Source: an uncultured Sanguibacteroides sp. (GTDB taxonomy: Bacteria; Bacteroidota; Bacteroidia; Bacteroidales; Marinifilaceae). Taken from it: DNA of 64,000 nucleotides. Under the pieces are notes generated by a model. It did not search any database, was not told the origin of the DNA, and saw only the letters and a program-made list of their open reading frames with translations. The stretch is taken from positions 1,597-65,596 of the forward strand of contig NZ_UQRQ01000005.1 of the NCBI RefSeq assembly GCF_900543425.1, in the 5' to 3' direction. This document shows, one piece after another, positions 55,017-64,000 of this stretch. The translations under genes were made by a program, and so were the position numbers. Every line of letters starts with the position of its first letter. The first letter of the stretch is position 1.

Positions 55017-56279
55017 ATGCTTAAGCATTTAAAACAATTATTCAGTACGGCCAAACACAATCCCAGCTTCGGAGGGCTTGAAATATTGAAATACATCGGC
55101 CCCGGTTTACTGGTAACGGTCGGTTTCATTGACCCGGGAAATTGGGCTTCCAACCTGGCGGCAGGTGCAGAATACGGCTATGCCCTTCTCTGGATGGTTA
55201 CACTATCTACCGTTATGCTAATTATTTTACAACATAACGTGGCTCACTTGGGCATAGCTACCGGCCTTTGTTTGTCGGAGGCCGCAGCAACCCACCTAAA
55301 ACCCAAACATGCCAACCTAATTCTCGGATCTGCAGTATTAGCTTCAATCTCAACTTCATTAGCCGAAATTTTAGGCGGAGCTATCGCCCTGGAAATGCTT
55401 TTCCATATTCCGATAAAAGCCGGTTCCCTCTTGGTTCTCCTCTTTGTTACGATTATGCTTTTCACCAATACTTACCGGATTATCGAAAAATGGATCATCG
55501 CTTTTGTCTCCATCATCGGTCTCTCTTTTATTTACGAACTTTCGCTCGTCGATATCGATTGGGGTACCGCCGGAACGGCTTGGATAACTCCCTCTTTTCC
55601 AAAAGGTTCGATGGTCATCATCATGAGCGTTCTCGGGGCTGTCGTGATGCCTCATAATCTATTTCTCCACTCGGAGATCATTCAGAGTAGACAATGGAAT
55701 ATTCAGGACGATAAGGTTATCAAAAAACAATTGCGCTACGAATATGCCGACACCATTTTATCGATGTTTATCGGTTGGGCGATCAATAGCGCCATGATTC
55801 TTCTGGCAGCTGCCAGCTTTTTTAAACACGGAACTCCCGTTACGGAATTAGAACAAGCCAATACCTTACTCCAGCCCCTTCTGGGAAACAATGCCGCTAT
55901 CATCTTCGCGGTCGCCCTGCTCTTTGCGGGGATCGCCTCTACTATCACTTCGGGCATGGCTGCAGGTTCTATTTTCGCCGGTATGTTTAAAGAACCTTAC
56001 GACATAAAAGACAATCATTCCCGGTGGGGAGTACTCATCTCGTTGCTATTGGCTTTCGGATTGATTTTAATTGTTTCCAACCCCTTTCAAGGACTTATCT
56101 ACTCCCAAATGGCTCTCAGCATACAACTTCCCGTCACCATTTTTTTACAAGTACATCTAACCTCTTCCGAGAAGGTCATGGGAAAATATAAAAATTCCAC
56201 CTACACGAAATATTTACTTTACGTGATCGGTGGAATTGTAACTCTGTTAAATATTATGCTATTAATCAGTTTCTTTTAA
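55017..56279 (+). CDS. mntH: Nramp-family divalent metal (Mn2+/Fe2+) transporter
   Basis: The track start at 54975 is GTG. First ATG at 55017. GPGLLVTVGFIDPGNWASN (DPGN motif) and MPHNLFLHSE motifs. Confidence 0.85.
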   Translation: MLKHLKQLFSTAKHNPSFGGLEILKYIGPGLLVTVGFIDPGNWASNLAAGAEYGYALLWMVTLSTVMLIILQHNVAHLGIATGLCLSEAAATHLKPKHANLILGSAVLASISTSLAEILGGAIALEMLFHIPIKAGSLLVLLFVTIMLFTNTYRIIEKWIIAFVSIIGLSFIYELSLVDIDWGTAGTAWITPSFPKGSMVIIMSVLGAVVMPHNLFLHSEIIQSRQWNIQDDKVIKKQLRYEYADTILSMFIGWAINSAMILLAAASFFKHGTPVTELEQANTLLQPLLGNNAAIIFAVALLFAGIASTITSGMAAGSIFAGMFKEPYDIKDNHSRWGVLISLLLAFGLILIVSNPFQGLIYSQMALSIQLPVTIFLQVHLTSSEKVMGKYKNSTYTKYLLYVIGGIVTLLNIMLLISFF

Positions 56280-58459
56280 TTTTCGATAACCGAATCATGA
56301 CGGGCGACTCTCATAACACCCTGAATTCGTTTCAATCTGGAGATCAATTGAGAAAGATGTTCCGTATTTCCGACTAAAACGGTAATTTTTCCATCAAACA
56401 AACCTTCGCTCGAATTAATGGCCAACCCTCTCAACGTGATTCCGGGATCCTTCGAAATAACTTCCGTAATCTTATTAACCATCCCAGCATCCTCTCGTCC
56501 CACAATATTCAAAACCGTCTGATACGAAGTCGTCCCCTCATTCGTCCATTGCGCCTTTACGATTCGATAAGGATAACGTTTTTCCAAATCCATGGCATTC
56601 TTACATTGTTTCCGGTGAATCTTAATTCCCTCTCCGATCGAAACAAATCCCAAAATTTCATCTCCGAAAACAGGATTACAACACCTGGCAAACTTATAAA
56701 CGACATTATCCACATTTCGGTCAATCAACAAGACATCTTCTTCTACTCTTTTAGGATGAACGATCTGCACCTCTTTCGCGGGAACGACAGGTTTTTCTTC
56801 CTCTTTCGGCTTCGTGATCCACTCCTTAATTTCGGTCATCGTGTGCTTTCCTTCCGCGATTCCCTGGTACAGGTCAATGGCAAACTTATACTTATAATGT
56901 TGTTGCAAGCGTCTTATTACCTCGTCTGTTAATTCCAGCTTCCAATTTTTAAAACGGCGTATCAACATCTCTTTACCTAATTCCGCCTGAGCCCTTGATT
57001 GTTCGGTCAGGTATTGCCGGATCTTATTCCGGGCCTTGGAGGTTACTGCAATATTTAACCAATCGGCACTCGGTTGCTGATTATTGGAAGTTAAAATAGA
57101 AACCTGGTCCCCGTTTTTTAAAACATAGCGCAGGGTTTCATTCCTCTGGTTCACCTTTCCTCCCACGCATTTAGATCCCACATCCGTATGTATGGCGTAG
57201 GCAAAATCCAACAAAGTAGCACCTGCCGATAAGGTTTTCAAATCTCCTGCCGGAGTAAACACATGTACCTCCTTATCCTGCAAATTAATTTTTATATCTC
57301 CCAACAAATCGACAGCTCCGACCTCGGGACTTTCTAAAATATCCCTTAACTCGGCTAACCAGTTTTCAATCGCCTTATCGGCCGTTCCTCCTTTATACTT
57401 CCAATGAGCGGCAAATCCTCTTTCGGCTATTTCATCCATTCGTTCGGTTCGGATTTGTACCTCTACCCAACGATTATTCGGTCCTAAAACAGTTGTCTGC
57501 AACGACTCATACCCATTCGATTTAGGTACGGAAAGCCAATCTCGTAAGCGTTGTGGGTTAGGTGTATATTTATCGGCCACAATAGAATATACACGCCAAC
57601 AATCGGCTTTCTCTTCCGGACCCCTGCTATCCAAAATAAAACGAACGGCAAAAATATCGTATATTTCCTCAAACTCCACCTGTTTCTTACGCATCTTATT
57701 TAAGATGGAAGCTATTGTTTTCGTACGATATTTCACTTTATACTTTATGCCCCGTCGATTCAATTCTTCCACAATCGGAGCTATAAATTCCGCGATATAT
57801 TTCTCACGGGTATCTTTCGAATCTTCCAATTTACGGGAGATCTCCTCGTATATCCTTGGCTCCTCGTAATGTAAAGCCCTATCCTCCATTTCCGATTTTA
57901 CGTTATACAATCCTAACCGGTGTGCAAACGGAATATAAATAAATCTCGTTTCCTGAGCCAACCTCAATTGTTCTTCGCGGGAAAACGAATCCGCCCGACG
58001 CAAATCATAAATTTTCTCTGCCAAAAAGATCAATTGTACGCGCACATCCTCCGCGAAACTAAGTAACAGTTTACGAAAGTTATCCGAGTCCACGATTGCA
58101 TGCGTTGCATATATACGACTGATATTACGTAAACCGGATAGAATTTGGGCTACTTTAGCCCCGAACAATTCCCGAATTTCCTGTTCTGACAAGCAGTCGC
58201 TCTCTGCTACTTTATGTAACATGGCACAAATAATAGAAGTTCTTCCTAATCCGATCTCAGAAGTAATGATAAGCCCCACTTCCAACATACGAAACATCTC
58301 TTCTCTATCGGCCTCAGGCACATTTTTACTCCCTTTCGTAGCCATATTAAATGCCTTACGGACCAAACGAATATCCTCTTTAGAGATCAAATTCTTACAT
58401 GATTTCAAAAGCAACCTATACTTTTTTAAAATAACCTCTTTGGCTATATCTTCTGCCAT
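56276..58459 (-). CDS. bifunctional RelA/SpoT-family (RSH) (p)ppGpp synthetase/hydrolase
   Basis: 727 aa with HD-domain N-terminus, synthetase motifs (...YRTKTIASILNKMRKK..., DIFAVRFIL, GYESLQTTV), a TGS domain and a C-terminal ACT-like domain. Confidence 0.9.
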   Translation of the reverse strand: MAEDIAKEVILKKYRLLLKSCKNLISKEDIRLVRKAFNMATKGSKNVPEADREEMFRMLEVGLIITSEIGLGRTSIICAMLHKVAESDCLSEQEIRELFGAKVAQILSGLRNISRIYATHAIVDSDNFRKLLLSFAEDVRVQLIFLAEKIYDLRRADSFSREEQLRLAQETRFIYIPFAHRLGLYNVKSEMEDRALHYEEPRIYEEISRKLEDSKDTREKYIAEFIAPIVEELNRRGIKYKVKYRTKTIASILNKMRKKQVEFEEIYDIFAVRFILDSRGPEEKADCWRVYSIVADKYTPNPQRLRDWLSVPKSNGYESLQTTVLGPNNRWVEVQIRTERMDEIAERGFAAHWKYKGGTADKAIENWLAELRDILESPEVGAVDLLGDIKINLQDKEVHVFTPAGDLKTLSAGATLLDFAYAIHTDVGSKCVGGKVNQRNETLRYVLKNGDQVSILTSNNQQPSADWLNIAVTSKARNKIRQYLTEQSRAQAELGKEMLIRRFKNWKLELTDEVIRRLQQHYKYKFAIDLYQGIAEGKHTMTEIKEWITKPKEEEKPVVPAKEVQIVHPKRVEEDVLLIDRNVDNVVYKFARCCNPVFGDEILGFVSIGEGIKIHRKQCKNAMDLEKRYPYRIVKAQWTNEGTTSYQTVLNIVGREDAGMVNKITEVISKDPGITLRGLAINSSEGLFDGKITVLVGNTEHLSQLISRLKRIQGVMRVARHDSVIEN

Positions 58460-58642
58460 ACTGCAAAATTTTAGTGATTTATACGAACTTATTAATCATT
58501 GCAAAAAGAGTGCCGTCCATTTTCAATTAACATGATTTACGGGAAGTAAATTGACTGACGACAATCGTTATGATAATACGCCATGTGTACATGAATATTT
58601 TCCCACGATAAACGCAGAAAAATAAAAAATGTTTTAATGCGG

Positions 58643-60388
58643 TTAATTTACCGGTATTATTTTTATCTCGTAATTAGAACGGAAATGAACCAAATACAAT
58701 CCACAATTTTCCATTCCCCCTCCAGGCAACATTTTAAACTTAAACCGTGTGAATAAGGTCTCCTTATCCTCCGTTCCCAAATGTCCCAACGCCTGACTGC
58801 CGTAATCGGCGACCTGTTTCATAAAAAACAATCCGATATCAAAAGCCCGGTTTACGATCGAAGTAGGTTCCGAATAAAAATATTTCCGGTGTCGTTCTGC
58901 AAAATTCCGAGCCGCTTCCGACTGGTAGTCGATATAACTATTCATGAACAATTTCACATTCAATTTAAAGAATACATCGTCTCCCAATGTCGTATATTTC
59001 AACCAATCCGGGAAGCCGATAACCGTTACCTTATAACTATCGGGCAAAGCCGACAATACCGGTAAAACCCGACTCGCCGCCGCTTCATTAACCGTGGGAA
59101 ACAGTATAATATTCTCCGTATGCGGTTTTAAGAGTATTTTTAACGTATCCACCGTTATACTCGAATTCCAATCTATCGTTTCCATTGTCACATCCGGTTG
59201 TAACCGATATTTCACCAAATACGGCAATTGACTCTCCTCCGTATTAGCGGGAACCCCATTTGGGCGGATAACCACAAGATTGGCTCCTGCACTATTTTTT
59301 ACAATCCAATCGGCCATATTTTCGAGTAAAGTAGCCGTAGAGGTATTTACCTGAATAAAATTCGGGAAACGTCCCAAGCCTTCCGTCCGGGCAGACAAAG
59401 GATATACCATAGGAATACTCTTATCATACAACTGATCCGCTACGACTTGAAAAGTATTGGCATATACAGGCCCTAATATCAATTGAGGATTAAAATGATT
59501 CAGCTCGTTAGCTATCATCCGCACCTTGCTTGGATCCCGTTCCGTATCGAACACCTGAAGATCAACCGAATATCCATCCTTTTTTAAGCTGTCAACGGCC
59601 ATTAATATCCCTTCATAAAACTGTACAAAAGGCTCTGATTTCGAATACAAAGTCCATTTCTCTTCCTGCTGTTCAGCCATCAGCGAATCCAGCACAACGG
59701 GCCTCTCTTCAGGATATTGATTATTATTCAAATAGAAAGGCAAAAGCAACGCCACTCTTACCTGATAGGAAGAAACCGGACGTCCGACATATGTCGATAC
59801 CGGACGCTGCACCTCGTCTTCTATCCTCTTTATTTCCCGATCGACCTCTTCTTTCACGTCCTGTGCGGCAGCCCGTAAGGCCTCGACCTCTGCTTCTTCC
59901 CGGGCCTGTCGGTCCTCCCATGCTAATTCCGCATTCAAAGCATTCTTATCTATCTGTTTTAAAGTCAAGCGAACGACAGAACCCGTCGGAATAGGATCTT
60001 TCTCGTTATATTCCGGGTTATCCTTCAATATACGTTTCAGACGAATTCCAAACTTACGGGATAAAGAGTATAGGGTCTCCTTAGGTTTGATCTTATGGTA
60101 ATAAAATTGATTATCCAAACGTTTAAAAGGCTCCACATAAGGAATCTTTAATATTTCATGAATTGTCAGATTATTGTCTTTTTTCTCGTTCAGGGCCTTT
60201 ACTTCTTCCACGCTAACTCCATAAGCCTTACAAATGGAAAACAATGTCTGTCCAGGTTCCACCGTATGCAGATAATATGTTTTTCCTTTCCAAACAACCA
60301 TCTCTTTCGAACGTTCAATCTTTACGTCCTGCGCATTTACACCTCCTATCCACCCAAGGAAAACGAACAACAATATAATTCTGACCAT
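58643..60388 (-). CDS. LysM-domain protein with periplasmic-binding-protein-like C-terminal domain
   Basis: 581 aa. Signal peptide, two LysM repeats (YYLHTVEPGQTLFSICKAYGVSVEEVKALN; YHKIKPKETLYSLSRKFGIRLKRILKDNP), a charged coiled linker, then a PBP type-I-like region. Confidence 0.75.
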   Translation of the reverse strand: MVRIILLFVFLGWIGGVNAQDVKIERSKEMVVWKGKTYYLHTVEPGQTLFSICKAYGVSVEEVKALNEKKDNNLTIHEILKIPYVEPFKRLDNQFYYHKIKPKETLYSLSRKFGIRLKRILKDNPEYNEKDPIPTGSVVRLTLKQIDKNALNAELAWEDRQAREEAEVEALRAAAQDVKEEVDREIKRIEDEVQRPVSTYVGRPVSSYQVRVALLLPFYLNNNQYPEERPVVLDSLMAEQQEEKWTLYSKSEPFVQFYEGILMAVDSLKKDGYSVDLQVFDTERDPSKVRMIANELNHFNPQLILGPVYANTFQVVADQLYDKSIPMVYPLSARTEGLGRFPNFIQVNTSTATLLENMADWIVKNSAGANLVVIRPNGVPANTEESQLPYLVKYRLQPDVTMETIDWNSSITVDTLKILLKPHTENIILFPTVNEAAASRVLPVLSALPDSYKVTVIGFPDWLKYTTLGDDVFFKLNVKLFMNSYIDYQSEAARNFAERHRKYFYSEPTSIVNRAFDIGLFFMKQVADYGSQALGHLGTEDKETLFTRFKFKMLPGGGMENCGLYLVHFRSNYEIKIIPVN

Positions 60389-60587
60389 ACTATTTCATTT
60401 ACAATAAACAACCTATTTCATAAAGGGAAAACTCATTTTATAAATACCAAAATCCCCTTTTCATAGCAAAAATAGTAAAATAGTAATAGATAATTGAAAA
60501 ATCTCTGCTATTTTTGCCAGAGAAAGAGATCAATCCATCATTCTGAATAAAAAGCGGGAAGGTGAAAAATTCAAACACATAAAATTT

Positions 60588-61415
60588 ATGAGTGTATTCA
60601 ATACGAAAAAAATCATATTTTGGAGCATCAACTTGTTGGTAGCCGTGTTACTTCTTTTTCTTACCGGTTATATTGTCCTTCAACGTTTAGACAGTTACAC
60701 CTTACATGGTCAATACATTTCTGTACCTGATTTGCGCGGACTTACTCCTTCGGAGGCGGCTCCATTCCTCCAAGAGAAAAATTTATTCGCTATCGTAGTC
60801 GATTCTATCTACGACGATCACGCCAAGGCGGGAGCTGTCGTCGAGCAATTTCCGTCTCCCGAATCCAAGGTAAAAAACAGCCGGACGATCCAACTCACCA
60901 TCAATGCCAACGCACCGGAAAAACTAATCTTCCCGAATCTAAAAAATACGGCATTCAGACAAACGATACAGAAGTTAAAAAATATCGGTTTCAATATCGG
61001 CCAACTAAAATATACCTCCTCCAACTTTAAGAATTTGGTACTGGGTTTTATGTATAAAGACGAACCTATTGAACCCGGAGACATCATCCAGAAAGGGGAG
61101 AATATCGATATTATATTAGGAGATGGGAATACAAGTAATAATCAGGTTTTCATCCCGAATCTACGAGGCAAGACGTTAGAAGAGGCCAAAACTCTTATTC
61201 TGCTGTCTTTTTTAAACATAGGAGAGATTATTAACGATGAAACCGTCCGCACTCCACAAGATCAACTCGAAGCTTTTATCTACCAGCAATCGCCTGATAT
61301 CGAAGAACATCCTAAGACCACATTGGGAAGTCATATAACGATTTATTTGACAAAAGATCAGGAGAAATTAGTCGTGCAGGACACTCTTTCCATTGAAACA
61401 CAAGAACAACGATGA
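60588..61415 (+). CDS. PASTA-domain membrane protein
   Basis: 275 aa. N-terminal TM, then three PASTA-like repeats (VPDLRGLTPSEA..., FPNLKNTAFRQ..., IPNLRGKTLEEA...). Confidence 0.75.
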   Translation: MSVFNTKKIIFWSINLLVAVLLLFLTGYIVLQRLDSYTLHGQYISVPDLRGLTPSEAAPFLQEKNLFAIVVDSIYDDHAKAGAVVEQFPSPESKVKNSRTIQLTINANAPEKLIFPNLKNTAFRQTIQKLKNIGFNIGQLKYTSSNFKNLVLGFMYKDEPIEPGDIIQKGENIDIILGDGNTSNNQVFIPNLRGKTLEEAKTLILLSFLNIGEIINDETVRTPQDQLEAFIYQQSPDIEEHPKTTLGSHITIYLTKDQEKLVVQDTLSIETQEQR

Positions 61416-62476
61416 TCGAAGAAACAGAAGATATAGACGAACTGAACGAAGAGGAAGAACAAGAGCAGGAATTATTCGAACATTTTCGTCTGGAAGCAGA
61501 CTCCGGTCAAGCTCTTTTACGAATCGACAAATTCCTGGTAGACCGGATTCCTAATGCTTCGCGTACCAAAATACAAGACGCTGCCGAAGCGGGTAATATA
61601 TTGGTAAACGGAAAACCCGTGAAACCCAATTACAAGGTAAAACCCAAAGACGTGGTTTCGGTTATGATGTCTCACCCGAAAAGAGAGATCACGATCATTC
61701 CCGAAAACATTCCTCTCCATATTGTTTATGAGGACGATGACCTGTTAATTATAAACAAAGCGCCCGGTATGGTAGTACACCCTTCTTTCGGCCATTACAC
61801 GGGCACATTGGTCAATGCCTTAGCTTGGCATTTAAAGGACAATCCTCTTTTTAAAGAAAATGATCCCCGACCGGGACTTGTTCACCGGATAGACAAAGAT
61901 ACTTCCGGCTTACTGGTCATTGCCAAGACAGAAGAGGCTAAAACAAAACTTGCCTTACAGTTTTTTAACAAAACTTCCGACCGGAAATACGTTGCCGTCT
62001 GCTGGGGTAACCTGGAAGAAGATAACGGTACGATCATCGGTAATATCGGCAGAAACCTCTCCAATCGAAAAGTTATGGGCGTCTTTCCCGAAGGCAGCGA
62101 ATACGGTAAGCATGCCGTTACCCACTACCATGTATTAGAACGTCTCGGATATGTAAATGTCATTGAGTGCGTACTTGAAACCGGAAGAACCCATCAGATC
62201 CGGGCTCATTTCAAGCATATCAAACATCCGTTATTCAACGACCCGGAATACGGTGGTAACGAGATACTGAAAGGAACGACTTTCAGCAAATACAAACAAT
62301 TTGTACAAAACTGTTTCGCGATCTGCCCCCGTCAGGCTTTACATGCCAAAACATTAGGGTTCGTTCATCCGACAACGGAAAAATACATGGCTTTCGATTC
62401 GGAAATTCCGGACGACATGCAACAGCTGATTTCCAAATGGAGAAACTACGTCATAAACAGAGAGTTGGAAGAATAG
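61412..62476 (+). CDS. rluD: 23S rRNA pseudouridine synthase, RluA/RluD family
   Basis: 354 aa. S4 domain (RIDKFLVDRIPNASRTKIQ) and catalytic HRIDKDTSGLLV. Confidence 0.85.
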   Translation: MIEETEDIDELNEEEEQEQELFEHFRLEADSGQALLRIDKFLVDRIPNASRTKIQDAAEAGNILVNGKPVKPNYKVKPKDVVSVMMSHPKREITIIPENIPLHIVYEDDDLLIINKAPGMVVHPSFGHYTGTLVNALAWHLKDNPLFKENDPRPGLVHRIDKDTSGLLVIAKTEEAKTKLALQFFNKTSDRKYVAVCWGNLEEDNGTIIGNIGRNLSNRKVMGVFPEGSEYGKHAVTHYHVLERLGYVNVIECVLETGRTHQIRAHFKHIKHPLFNDPEYGGNEILKGTTFSKYKQFVQNCFAICPRQALHAKTLGFVHPTTEKYMAFDSEIPDDMQQLISKWRNYVINRELEE

Positions 62477-62485
62477 TTCAACTCT

Positions 62486-63793
62486 TTAAGCAAAAACGTA
62501 TTTCAACATAAACAACACGGTCAATATATACATGACCAAATTCAGATCCCGAAATTTTCCACTCAATATCTTCAACAAAGCATAGGATAACATACCCAGC
62601 ACAATTCCCTCGGCAATAGAATAGGTTAAAGGCATCATAATAATGGTAATAAAAGCAGGAAGTACTTCCGTTATATCGCCGAAATTAATTTTTACCACAG
62701 AATCAAACATAAATACGCCTACCATGACCAGTACTCCCGCGGTGGCCACACCAGGAACCAATAAAAACAAAGGAGAAAAGAAAAGGGAAATCAAAAAAAG
62801 TAAACTCACGGTAAAGGCGGTAACACCGGAGCGTCCACCCTCTGCTATTCCTGCCGCACTCTCGGCATAAGTCGTAGTTGTTGACGTTCCCAAAACAGCA
62901 CCGACGGTTGTACCCAATGCATCGGACAACAAAGCCTGTTTTATCCGCGGAATTTTTCCTTTCGCATCAACCATTCCCGCTTTATTAGCCGTTCCGACTA
63001 AAGTCCCCAAGGTATCGAATATATCCATAAAAATCAGAGAGAAAATCGCAATCAGCATATCGGGAGCCAGAATGGAACGAAAATCAAATTTAAAAAATAC
63101 GGGACTCAAAGAATGAGGGACAGCTATCGGAGAAAAATTTTCAGGCAACCGAGTGATACCCAATGGAATCCCGATTAACGTACAAATAACAATCACGTAA
63201 AAAAGAGCTCCTTTGACTCGTTTTGCCATCAAAACACCTCCTAATATGATACCCGATATGGCCAAAATAACCGATGGAGTAAATTTTCCCAATGTAACAA
63301 AAGTTACGGGATCCGAGACCACAATTCCGGCATTTTTCAATCCGATAAAGGCTATAAACAGACCGATCCCAACCGAGATTGCCTGCCTTAGACAAGCAGG
63401 AATAGCATTTACGATCAGTTCGCGGACATTAAATACAGTCAACAAAATAAAAACCAATCCTTCCACGAATACAGCGGTCAATGCCTCCTGCCAGGAATAA
63501 CCCATGCCCTGTACTAAGGTGAAAGCAAAAAAAGCATTTAATCCCATACCCGAAGCCAAAGCAAAAGGCAATTTTGCCACCACAGCCATCAATAACGTTG
63601 CTATCGCAGCAGACAAAGCCGTAGCCGTAAATACGGCTCCCTTATCCATCGAGGCGGCAGACAAAATATCAGGATTCACAGCCAGAATATACGACATGGT
63701 TAAAAAAGTCGTTATACCTGCCATTATCTCCGTTTTGATTCGCATAGTACGCGGATCAAATCCAAATAACAATGCTAAAATTCTCATCGTCAT
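62486..63793 (-). CDS. NCS2-family purine (adenine/guanine/hypoxanthine) permease, AzgA-like
   Basis: 435 aa, ~13 TM. N-terminal FGFDPRTMRIKTEIMAGITTFLTMSYILAVNP is typical of AzgA-type permeases. Confidence 0.8.
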   Translation of the reverse strand: MTMRILALLFGFDPRTMRIKTEIMAGITTFLTMSYILAVNPDILSAASMDKGAVFTATALSAAIATLLMAVVAKLPFALASGMGLNAFFAFTLVQGMGYSWQEALTAVFVEGLVFILLTVFNVRELIVNAIPACLRQAISVGIGLFIAFIGLKNAGIVVSDPVTFVTLGKFTPSVILAISGIILGGVLMAKRVKGALFYVIVICTLIGIPLGITRLPENFSPIAVPHSLSPVFFKFDFRSILAPDMLIAIFSLIFMDIFDTLGTLVGTANKAGMVDAKGKIPRIKQALLSDALGTTVGAVLGTSTTTTYAESAAGIAEGGRSGVTAFTVSLLFLISLFFSPLFLLVPGVATAGVLVMVGVFMFDSVVKINFGDITEVLPAFITIIMMPLTYSIAEGIVLGMLSYALLKILSGKFRDLNLVMYILTVLFMLKYVFA

Positions 63794-63795
63794 AA

Positions 63796-63835
63796 TTAAA
63801 AAAACGGTTATGTCTTTTAAAAGACAAAACCGTTT
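63796..63835 (-). terminator. hairpin + T-run terminator after ychF, abutting the permease start codon
   Basis: Minus strand: AAAACGGTT...(nested TGTCTTTT/AAAAGACA)...AACCGTTTT, followed by TTTTTTTAATT and then the ATG. Confidence 0.65.
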
Positions 63836-63855
63836 TGATTATCGTTTTTCCTGCA

Positions 63856-64000
63856 TTATACGTTAAACCGGAAATTCATCATATCACCGTCCTGTACCAC
63901 ATAATCTTTTCCCTCCACGGACATCTTTCCTGCTTCCTTGCATTTAGCCTCCGATCCCAAAGTGATAAAATCTTCATACTTAATAACCTCCGCCCGGATA
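63856..64000 (-). CDS. ychF: ribosome-binding ATPase YchF, C-terminal 47 codons only (5' part beyond window)
   Basis: My translation gives [47 protein letters not shown], the characteristic YchF C-terminus. Confidence 0.85.
   Translation of the reverse strand, partial: IRAEVIKYEDFITLGSEAKCKEAGKMSVEGKDYVVQDGDMMNFRFNV

Noticed and set aside
1-64000. Search for CRISPR arrays, integrases/transposases, prophage genes, rRNA operons and DGR-type retroelements near the variable Ig-like genes
   Set aside because: I saw no regularly spaced direct repeats and no recombinase, reverse-transcriptase, capsid or terminase-like translations in any frame. The diversification of the Ig-like family therefore seems to rest on duplication and recombination rather than a dedicated mobile or mutagenic element within this window.

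Overview
The window looks like a Bacteroidota (Bacteroidales-like) chromosome. Genes are preceded by the TAnnTTTG -7 promoter box rather than Shine-Dalgarno sites, and the gene content fits (lpxB, lgt, TonB-dependent receptor, a gadC-glsA-K-channel-gadB cluster). I support about 55 CDS, one tRNA-Ser(UGA), several hairpin terminators, one decayed pseudogene and several conserved regulatory motifs. I saw no CRISPR array, integrase, transposase or phage genes. Most of the window is housekeeping: tatAC, lgt, lpxB, ispF, mtaB, nhaA, an RSH (p)ppGpp enzyme, rluD and ychF. The most unusual region is 46.4-53.6 kb on the minus strand. It holds four paralogous small secreted proteins, each a single disulfide-less, titin-like (I-set pattern) immunoglobulin domain. 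They are interleaved with a 1105-aa membrane protein (7-TM ABC-2-permease-like N-terminus, M1-aminopeptidase-like body without HEXXH, golvesin-like C-terminal domain), a decayed second copy of that giant gene, and a chimeric Ig gene carrying the last ~24 codons of the giant gene. That tail differs from the parent copy only by synonymous substitutions. Secondary observations: (1) a 35-bp operator-like motif with a GTAA direct repeat at 21-bp spacing, seen four times with fixed promoter geometry, linking two paralogous AraC regulators to a flavoprotein / NapH-NapG-like polyferredoxin / TonB-receptor operon; (2) a trypsin-like protease with a zinc ribbon paired with a protein carrying a Q/M-rich repeat; (3) two copies of a GC-rich palindromic element bracketing a ferritin-like gene inside the GAD cluster. 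All product names come from motif recognition in the translations. No database search was run.
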